From positions 10,135 through 69,187 of the forward strand of contig CAZFYQ010000007.1 in the NCBI GenBank assembly GCA_964523905.1: a stretch of DNA of 59,053 bases. Direction: 5' to 3'. The position numbers were made by a program, and so were the translations under genes. This DNA is from an uncultured Gammaproteobacteria bacterium (GTDB lineage: Bacteria; Patescibacteriota; Microgenomatia; Daviesbacterales; UBA10151). Positions within the stretch are counted from its first letter, which is position 1, and each line of letters starts with the position of its first letter. Of this stretch, positions 53,743 through 59,053 are shown in pieces. Below the pieces are notes generated by a model, which did no database searches, was not told the origin of the DNA, and saw nothing but the letters and a program-made list of their open reading frames with translations.

Positions 53743-55032
53743 TTATTTAAGCTTGTCTCTAAACTGATCGTAGCTGGTTAAAGCCGGACTATGATCTGTA
53801 ACTTCCAGCTCCTGTTTGACCAGTACTTTTTTATTATCTTCCAGGTCATGATATAAAATTACTCCTGGGCCAACCATAGAATTAGCCCCAATCTTGGTCC
53901 CAGGCATGGTAGAAGCATTGACCCCCACTCTTGATCCTCTCCCGGCAATTAATCCTAGTTTATGACGACCGGTATCCAGCTTTTCTTCTCCCATACGGAT
54001 AGTATGATCATCCAAACGCAGATTAGCCAGTACTGCACCAGAACCCATGCCAAAATCTCCCTCAATTACTGAATCCCCAATGTAATTGGTATGAAACCAG
54101 GAGTTGGCTCCAATGTAGCTTCTGGTGATATCAGAGTTAAAACCGGTGACAGTTCCCTCTTCCAAATCAGATTCTCTAATCATGGTGTTATTTCCTACGA
54201 TCACATTTTTACCAATATATACCGGGCCTTTAATCACTGCCCCTTCAAACACTTTAACCCCCTCTTCTATTAGCACAGAACCTGTAATAATAGCGCTTTT
54301 AGCTATCATTGCTCCCGGGGAAATTTTATCCTCAATACCTTGTAATAAGTGCTCTAGGATATCTAAAATCTGCCAAGGGTATTTTAAAGGAATCCAAGTG
54401 CCTTCATATTTTACAAACTTTACTTCTACCCCATCTTGTAACATCTGATTTAGCGCCACCTCATAGACATCATCTTTATCCGACACTGCTTTTTCCAAAG
54501 CAACAATTAGCTTTTGACCATCTTTGAAGTAATCCACTACCAATTTTACTAAATCTGATGGCTCATTACCCTCTCCTGGTTTTTCTACTATTGCCTCTAC
54601 CCTGTTGCCTGTGGCCTCTTTAATATATCCTCCGGGGAAATAGCTGGATACTTTTAAGCCTGGAAAAACTATCTCTGCTCCGCCTTTGGCCACCTGAGAA
54701 TAAATAGACTCATCTACAATATCTTCGGCATTAACAATTAAGATTTCTCCGTTAATTAAATCTTTGGCAGATAAAATTGCACTAGCCATACCCTTAGCTT
54801 CTTCCTGAACAACAATAGTACCGGCTAAACCAAGCTCATTTAAGATTCCTTCAATTACAGTTTTATTCTCTACTCTGGAAACGATGATTACCTCCTCCGG
54901 GTTAATCGCTTGCTTAATTTTTTTAAGATTATGATACAAAAGCGGTTTTCCCAAAAAAGGAATTAAACACTTATCCGTTTGAATCGGCCACATTCTTTTA
55001 CCATGTCCTGCTGCGAGTACTATTAATTTCAT
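53743..55032 (-). CDS. sugar-phosphate nucleotidyltransferase with left-handed beta-helix domain (GlmU/GCD1-like)
   Basis: N-terminal LAAGHGKRMWP motif and C-terminal hexapeptide repeats. Confidence 0.75.
   Translation of the reverse strand: MKLIVLAAGHGKRMWPIQTDKCLIPFLGKPLLYHNLKKIKQAINPEEVIIVSRVENKTVIEGILNELGLAGTIVVQEEAKGMASAILSAKDLINGEILIVNAEDIVDESIYSQVAKGGAEIVFPGLKVSSYFPGGYIKEATGNRVEAIVEKPGEGNEPSDLVKLVVDYFKDGQKLIVALEKAVSDKDDVYEVALNQMLQDGVEVKFVKYEGTWIPLKYPWQILDILEHLLQGIEDKISPGAMIAKSAIITGSVLIEEGVKVFEGAVIKGPVYIGKNVIVGNNTMIRESDLEEGTVTGFNSDITRSYIGANSWFHTNYIGDSVIEGDFGMGSGAVLANLRLDDHTIRMGEEKLDTGRHKLGLIAGRGSRVGVNASTMPGTKIGANSMVGPGVILYHDLEDNKKVLVKQELEVTDHSPALTSYDQFRDKLK
54601..54616. repeat. short heptamer tract (CCTGTTG CCTGTGG) in the nucleotidyltransferase gene
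   Basis: Translated as EATGNR. Confidence 0.6.
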
Positions 55033-55051
55033 AGGTTTATGATACTACTTT

Positions 55052-55129
55052 TGGTACCAGGGGTGGGGATCGAACCCACGAACCTCTTCGTTATGATTGA
55101 AGCGCTCTAACCAACTGAGCTACCCTGGC
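55052..55129 (-). tRNA. tRNA-Met (anticodon CAT), probably elongator; CCA encoded
   Basis: Manual cloverleaf: acceptor GCCAGGG/CCCTGGT (G1-U72 wobble), D arm GCTC/GAGC, anticodon loop ATCATAA, T arm GTGGG-TTCGATC-CCCAC, then ACCA. Oddities are an A31xC39 mismatch and a 6-nt variable loop. A lysidine-type tRNA-Ile2 cannot be excluded. Confidence 0.85.
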
Positions 55130-55130
55130 A

Positions 55131-55258
55131 TACGTCATCTTGCGTAGCAGACTCCTGGGTCAAATACTTATTATATTCCGACTTCGTCGGTAAAAAGATA
55201 TTGACCCGTTGAATTGTCATTTAGACAATTCAACCCATTGAGCTACGCTGCCAAACGT
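55131..55258. other. unassigned multi-hairpin element upstream of tRNA-Met
   Basis: Closing 7-bp helix GCGTAGC/GCTACGC (55142-55148 with 55242-55248). It encloses the helix GGGTCAA/TTGACCC with an inner CCGAC-TTC-GTCGG hairpin, and a perfect 11-bp hairpin GTTGAATTGTC-ATTTA-GACAATTCAAC. The minus-strand 5' end GGCAGCGTAGCTCAATGGG resembles a tRNA 5' end. Confidence 0.4.
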
Positions 55259-55285
55259 GGCTAAATTGTACCAGATGATGAGAAT

Positions 55286-56653
55286 TTAAACAAAAAGGGA
55301 ATAAATAGTGGCTAGACCAGTGATTACCATAGCTAAAGTTATTAGCCAACCAAAGAAAGCAGAGATCGGCCCATTAGCCTTATCCCCCATTACTTTTTTG
55401 TTACTACTTAAAAGCACAATTAGCACCAAAATCACCGGCGCAATTAAGCCATTACCAATAGCAGTATAGATTAACACTTTAACTACATCCAAATGCAGAA
55501 AATTAATTCCTAAACCAAATAATGTGGAGATAATAATCACTCCATAAAAAGCATTGGCCTCTTTTAGTTTTCTATATAGACCATACTTCCAACCAAAGCT
55601 TTCTGAAAGAGCATATGAAGCTGATCCGGCTAACACTGGAATTGCTAACAGCCCGGTGCCAATAATTCCGGCAGTAAATAAAAGATAAGTAAAGTCTCCG
55701 GCAATTGGACGCAAAGCCTCGGCAGCATCAGCAGCAGTAGTAATGGTTGTAATACCATGGCTAAATAAAGTGGCGGCACAGGCCGCAATAATAAAAAACA
55801 TCACCAAATTAGACAAAAACATTCCAGACCAAACATCCAGTCGCATGTTTTTGATAGCCTCATCATCAGTACCTTTTCGAAGAGCCAAAGTTAATTTGCC
55901 TTGCAAAATCTCCTCCTCTACTTCCTGGGAAGTCTGCCAGAAAAATAAATATGGTGAAATGGTAGTACCTAACACAGCAGTAACCAGAAAAATCTGGTCT
56001 TTGGAAAAACTAATTGCCGGAATAAAAGTACCCTTAATTAAATCATTAACATTCAAATGAGTGCTTAAAGCAGAAAAAACATAGGTCAGCAAAATTAATG
56101 CCAGCCATTTTAAATATTTGGCATATTTATCATAAGTAGTAAAAATCTGCAAGGCCAAAGAAAAAACCGTAAAGCCTAAGATCAAAGTATTAAAGCTAAC
56201 CTGCGGTGCCAAAAGCTGAGCTGCCTTAGCCATTGCTCCCAGGTCAGCTCCAATGTTTAAAGAATTAACCCCAAACAGTAAAAAGGTACAAAGATATAAC
56301 ACCCATTTGGGATAAAACTTTCTAATATTTGCTGCCAGGCCCCGACCAGTTACCAGACCAATCCGGGCACACATTTCCTGTACTACAGCCATTAAAGGAA
56401 AGGTAAACGGCGCCAGCCAGAGTAACTTAAAACCATACTGGGCCCCGGCCTGAGAATAAGTGGCAATTCCAGATGGATCATCATCTGCTGCACCGGTAGT
56501 TAAACCAGGCCCCAGAGTTTTCCAGTAATCCTTGGCTTTTATGATATCTTTTTGATAGCGGATGCGATTAACCAGTCTTTCTGAAGTATCAATGGTATTA
56601 CCTAAAGCCCTGGCCGGAGCCTCTGCAACGCTCTTAAAAAACTTTTTGGTCAT
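55286..56653 (-). CDS. NRAMP-family divalent metal (Mn/Fe) transporter
   Basis: 455 aa with about 11 TM helices and an N-terminal DDDPSGIATYSQAGAQYGF motif region. Confidence 0.8.
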   Translation of the reverse strand: MTKKFFKSVAEAPARALGNTIDTSERLVNRIRYQKDIIKAKDYWKTLGPGLTTGAADDDPSGIATYSQAGAQYGFKLLWLAPFTFPLMAVVQEMCARIGLVTGRGLAANIRKFYPKWVLYLCTFLLFGVNSLNIGADLGAMAKAAQLLAPQVSFNTLILGFTVFSLALQIFTTYDKYAKYLKWLALILLTYVFSALSTHLNVNDLIKGTFIPAISFSKDQIFLVTAVLGTTISPYLFFWQTSQEVEEEILQGKLTLALRKGTDDEAIKNMRLDVWSGMFLSNLVMFFIIAACAATLFSHGITTITTAADAAEALRPIAGDFTYLLFTAGIIGTGLLAIPVLAGSASYALSESFGWKYGLYRKLKEANAFYGVIIISTLFGLGINFLHLDVVKVLIYTAIGNGLIAPVILVLIVLLSSNKKVMGDKANGPISAFFGWLITLAMVITGLATIYSLFV

Positions 56654-56708
56654 GACTTTAAGAGTAAACTTTGGAACCTAACTTAGTCAAGTCAGAAAGT
56701 GCATTTAA

Positions 56709-56737
56709 TTGACATGCTCTCCCCTGCGAGCTACAAT
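56709..56737 (+). promoter_or_regulatory. consensus sigma70-type promoter of the intron-containing tRNA
   Basis: TTGACA (56709-56714), 17-nt spacer, TACAAT (56732-56737). tRNA nucleotide C1 lies 7 nt downstream, so the transcript may start at or next to the mature 5' end. Confidence 0.6.
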
Positions 56738-56743
56738 ATCGAA

Positions 56744-56999
56744 CGCGGGGAAGTGTAACGGCTGCACACAAGGCTCAAAATGGGCCCGTAGATAGGTAAC
56801 TATTTGCGAGAACCTGGCTATATCGGTGAAACCCTTTTAGGGCAATACCGAGGGAAGTCCTTCGATTAACACTCAGGACCCCGTAGAGACTACACGCCGG
56901 GGGTCCGATATTTCGGATCGTGATATAGTCCAACCCTTGTAGTAATACAAGTTCAAGTGCATAATCTTGAGGCAGTAGGTTCGACTCCTACCCCCGCAA
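56744..56999 (+). tRNA. initiator-type tRNA-Met (anticodon CAT) interrupted by a group I intron; CCA not encoded
   Basis: The exons 56744-56775 and 56960-56999 join to a canonical 72-nt cloverleaf. The acceptor CGCGGGG/CCCCGCA plus A73 is identical to E. coli tRNA-fMet, including the C1xA72 mismatch. Other elements: D arm GTGT/GCAC, anticodon arm CAAGG-CTCATAA-TCTTG, T arm GTAGG-TTCGACT-CCTAC. Confidence 0.85.
56776..56959 (+). ncRNA. group I intron (IC3-like), 184 nt, between U33 and C34 of the tRNA
   Basis: P1 GGCU/GGCC with a U-G wobble at the splice site; P2 56788-56807 (GUAA loop); P3 CCUGGC/GCCGGG; P4 UCGG/CCGA flanking GAAACCC..AGGGCAAU; P6 with an AA bulge; P7 G(A)GACUA/UAGUCC; P8 56902-56919; P9 CUUGUA-GUAA-UACAAG; terminal G at 56959. 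Confidence 0.8.
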
Positions 57000-57000
57000 C

Positions 57001-57252
57001 ATGTGGTTTGTGTATATTCTTCTTTGCAAAGACTCCAGTTTCTACACCGGAATGACTAATGACCTTGATAAACGCTTTGCCGAACATAAAAAGGGCACTG
57101 GGGGACGCTATACCCGCTCCCATCCACCGATCAAGATCGCCTATTCTGAGAGTTTTCCTACCAAATCCCAGGCTCTTAAAAGAGAATCTGAAATTAAATC
57201 CTGGCCCAGACAAAAGAAAATTAAGACTTTTAATTTAACAAAACAGTGGTAA
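57001..57252 (+). CDS. GIY-YIG nuclease-superfamily small protein (UPF0213/YhbQ-like)
   Basis: 83 aa with the FVYILLC..FYTGMTNDL..R..EH signature. The ATG starts 2 nt after the tRNA discriminator base. Confidence 0.8.
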   Translation: MWFVYILLCKDSSFYTGMTNDLDKRFAEHKKGTGGRYTRSHPPIKIAYSESFPTKSQALKRESEIKSWPRQKKIKTFNLTKQW

Positions 57253-57303
57253 AATGTTTGTCCTATGGATTCCTGCAACTAATTTAGCTTCAATTTAAAG
57301 ATT

Positions 57304-57657
57304 TTAGCGGAAAAAGACCTCCCACCACCCAAGCCAATTAGCTAGGCGTGGTTTAGCTGACTGCGAGGCTACTCCCATCACTGCTTTTAGCTTATCTTCC
57401 GGAATAATCACTAAGGTTTCTCCTGGTTTAGCCAAACCAAGCTCGTTTCTAGCCTGAGCTTCAATAAATTCCTTGGTTGTAACAGCTTTTAGCTGATCTT
57501 GTAGCTTTCTATTTTGAGCTTCCAGCTTGTAAACAGCTTCTGCCTGAGCAGATAACCTTTTTTCTGAGCTCAAGGCACTGGTAATTTGCACCACTAAATT
57601 ATAGGCAATAATTGCTGCTACCAGTATAATCGTGCCTACGGTTAATTTCTTAATCAT
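57304..57657 (-). CDS. septum-formation initiator (FtsB/DivIC-like)
   Basis: Start set at MIKKLTVG. One TM helix, then a coiled coil (KLEAQNRKLQDQL) and an ARNELGLAKPGE motif. Confidence 0.65.
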   Translation of the reverse strand: MIKKLTVGTIILVAAIIAYNLVVQITSALSSEKRLSAQAEAVYKLEAQNRKLQDQLKAVTTKEFIEAQARNELGLAKPGETLVIIPEDKLKAVMGVASQSAKPRLANWLGWWEVFFR

Positions 57658-57683
57658 AAATACCTGACTTAAGCTCTCGCATG

Positions 57684-57731
57684 ACACTCTTGACAAGAGT
57701 GTCCTAAGAGGACCTTAGTCCTCGCAGGACT
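57684..57731. promoter_or_regulatory. cluster of three inverted repeats upstream of the recombinase gene
   Basis: ACACTCTTG-A-CAAGAGTGT (57684-57702), GTCCT-AAG-AGGAC (57701-57713) and AGTCCT-CGC-AGGACT (57717-57731). There is also a duplicated TTGACAA..GAGT..CCTA..AAG block at 57690 and 57733. Confidence 0.4.
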
Positions 57732-57732
57732 G

Positions 57733-57761
57733 TTGACAAAAGAGTCCTATAAGTTTACAAT
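57733..57761 (+). promoter_or_regulatory. consensus promoter of the recombinase gene (leaderless spacing)
   Basis: TTGACA-17-TACAAT, with the ATG at 57769 following a 7-nt gap. Confidence 0.55.
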
Positions 57762-57768
57762 AGATGTT

Positions 57769-58635
57769 ATGAGTACTTTGAGAGATGCACATAATCAATT
57801 TGTAGAATACCTTAAGGGTAAATCACGCTCCTCTGCTACTATCTTAGCCTATGGCAAAGATATTGATCAACTAGTCAGCTTCCTGGAAGCTTTGGGTAAA
57901 ACTGAGGTTTCCACTGTGGAAACCCCTGATTTACAGACTTTTATGGATGATTTAGCCAAAAAAGCCTACACTGCCAAGTCAATTTCCAGAAAAACCAATT
58001 CTACCAAAACTTTCTTTAAATTCTTGAAGGCTGAAAGCCTTCTAACAGGTGATCCTGCTACCGGATTGTCCCACCCTAAATTTGAGAATAAACCTCCACG
58101 AATTTTAACTAAACTGGAATACCGGGCTTTAAGAGATGCTGCTAAATCTGATGTTCGAATGATTGCCGTAATTGAACTTTTGCTACAAACCGGAGTTAGA
58201 ATTGGTGAGCTGGCTAAGATTAGAATTGAAGATGTTAATACTACTGACACCACTGTTCATGTGCCTCCGTTTGAAGATACCAGAGAAAGAACTATTCCGT
58301 TAAATAAACCAGCTGCAGAAACTATTGCTAAATATTTAGAAATCAGACCAGCCTCCCCTTCTCATAGCCTGTTTATTACCAAAACCGGCCGACCGTTACT
58401 AATTAGGAATATCCGTACTGCCATTGATAGATACTTTAGATTAGCCGGTATTAAAGAGGCCAAGGTCAATGATTTGCGTCATACCTGGGTAGCTTATCAG
58501 CTACAATCAGGAGTTCCGATGACTGTAGTTTCCAAACTAGCCGGCCATAAAAGACTTTCCACTACTGAAAGATATCTCCAATTCATCCAAGGAGCCAACA
58601 ACGGTTCCGCTAAAGTTAAGCTCGAAGAACTTTAA
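57769..58635 (+). CDS. tyrosine recombinase (XerC/XerD-like integrase)
   Basis: C-terminal catalytic residues in LRHTWVAYQL and GHKRLSTTERY. ATG 57769 is preferred over the track's TTG 57733, because 57733-57738 reads as a -35 box. Confidence 0.85.
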   Translation: MSTLRDAHNQFVEYLKGKSRSSATILAYGKDIDQLVSFLEALGKTEVSTVETPDLQTFMDDLAKKAYTAKSISRKTNSTKTFFKFLKAESLLTGDPATGLSHPKFENKPPRILTKLEYRALRDAAKSDVRMIAVIELLLQTGVRIGELAKIRIEDVNTTDTTVHVPPFEDTRERTIPLNKPAAETIAKYLEIRPASPSHSLFITKTGRPLLIRNIRTAIDRYFRLAGIKEAKVNDLRHTWVAYQLQSGVPMTVVSKLAGHKRLSTTERYLQFIQGANNGSAKVKLEEL

Positions 58636-58961
58636 TGGAAATTGAACCTTCAGTAAATACCTTTCAAATAACTTGCAGGGGAGCAGTTTTAGAAAACCCA
58701 TTAAGTGAAGCCGTAGATGTATTAGTAACCTATCAAAATGGAGAGAAACCAAGAGTAAGTTGTCCTTATTTAGCCCCCTTAAACCAGGGTAGATCTTTTG
58801 GGCCGCTATATGCCTGTTTAGTTGGATATACTGATACAGATTCCTTGTTAAAAGAAATCGCTACGAGGAGAGGTGTTGATACAGCAGGAAAAACCCCTGC
58901 AAAAATAGTTCAAACTCTTACGCCAGGTATACCTAGATGCATATATAAATATCCTCGCTAA
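58635..58961 (+). CDS. hypothetical Cys-containing protein (108 aa)
   Basis: Its ATG overlaps the recombinase TAA by 1 nt (translational coupling). Confidence 0.45.
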   Translation: MEIEPSVNTFQITCRGAVLENPLSEAVDVLVTYQNGEKPRVSCPYLAPLNQGRSFGPLYACLVGYTDTDSLLKEIATRRGVDTAGKTPAKIVQTLTPGIPRCIYKYPR

Positions 58962-58981
58962 AAGTTGGCACGGAGTTAAAG

Positions 58982-59053
58982 TAGGCCCGGAAGGAGTTGA
59001 ACCCTCGTCACGACTGTATAAGAATCGGGTATTAACCGTTATACGACGGGCCT
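58982..59053 (-). tRNA. tRNA-Ile (anticodon TAT); CCA not encoded; 5' end coincides with the window end
   Basis: Manual cloverleaf: AGGCCCG/CGGGCCT acceptor, GTAT/ATAC D stem, CGATT-CTTATAC-AGTCG anticodon arm, 4-nt variable loop, GAGGG-TTCAACT-CCTTC T arm, discriminator A. Confidence 0.8.

Noticed and set aside
55268-55285. A hammerhead-like GAUGAUGAG string.
   Set aside because: It lies in the 3' end of the NRAMP coding sequence, lacks the C-U of CUGAUGA, and has no flanking three-stem arrangement or GAAA element.
56806-56860. RNase P RNA-like strings GAGAACCTGGCTATATCGG (resembling ACAGAACCCGGCUUAUCGG) and GAGGGAAGTCC (resembling GAGGAAAGUCC).
   Set aside because: They occur in the wrong order for RNase P RNA, and the putative P4 pairing would be only about 4 bp. 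The bases are accounted for by intron helices P3-P6.
56744-56999. tmRNA (ssrA): a strong promoter, a tRNA-like T arm and acceptor at the 3' end, and a TAG-TAA double stop in a hairpin loop at 56938-56943.
   Set aside because: The acceptor has no G3-U70 pair, which is required for alanylation. The 5' region lacks the usual tmRNA P2/PK1 features, and no plausible ...AA-ending tag is present. The whole segment is fully explained as a tRNA(CAU) plus a group I intron; the 'stop hairpin' is P9 with a GUAA loop.
56953-57213. An 86-aa minus-strand ORF.
   Set aside because: It is antisense to the tRNA 3' exon and to the GIY-YIG ORF, which has a recognisable motif. It has no signals of its own.

Overview
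This is a gene-dense (~90% coding), roughly 40% GC bacterial window, with almost all genes from 12 kb to 56 kb on the minus strand. The compact proteins, archaeal/eukaryote-flavoured enzymes, many orphan small ORFs and short in-frame repeat insertions suggest a Patescibacteria/CPR-like genome, but that is inference only. Content: (1) a complete mevalonate-pathway cluster: class I HMG-CoA reductase, an archaeal-type HMG-CoA synthase/thiolase/DUF35 trio, two tandem GHMP kinases, diphosphomevalonate decarboxylase, type-1 IPP isomerase and a prenyl-diphosphate synthase. (2) An envelope operon (cupredoxin-like protein, polytopic membrane protein, PKD protein). (3) Housekeeping genes: pth, an IMPase-family phosphatase, an EndoQ-like nuclease, ATP-dependent DNA ligase, carA-carB-pyrB-pyrC, recF, mutM, class I aldolase plus GlpX-like FBPase, polA without a 3'-5' exonuclease domain, ftsH, trpS and several glycosyltransferases. 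(4) A three-piece ATP-citrate-lyase-like gene set interrupted by unrelated small genes. (5) A Fic protein, a HigBA-like module and a Xer-type recombinase. (6) Three tRNAs. One of them, an initiator-type tRNA(CAU), is split by a very small (184 nt) group I intron and is abutted by a GIY-YIG ORF. Several nucleotide-level signals are superimposed on the genes. Tandem heptanucleotide tracts (consensus CCTGTTG on the + strand, plus AT-rich families) are read in-frame inside unrelated essential genes. A GTCATyCTGAnnG...GAAGrAT palindromic repeat family occurs in intergenic and coding positions. A ~60-bp direct repeat brackets a 2-gene cassette. A promoter-leader peptide-terminator arrangement lies upstream of pyrB. 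Near-consensus promoters are repeatedly spaced for leaderless mRNAs. No CRISPR array, rRNA or transposase was seen.
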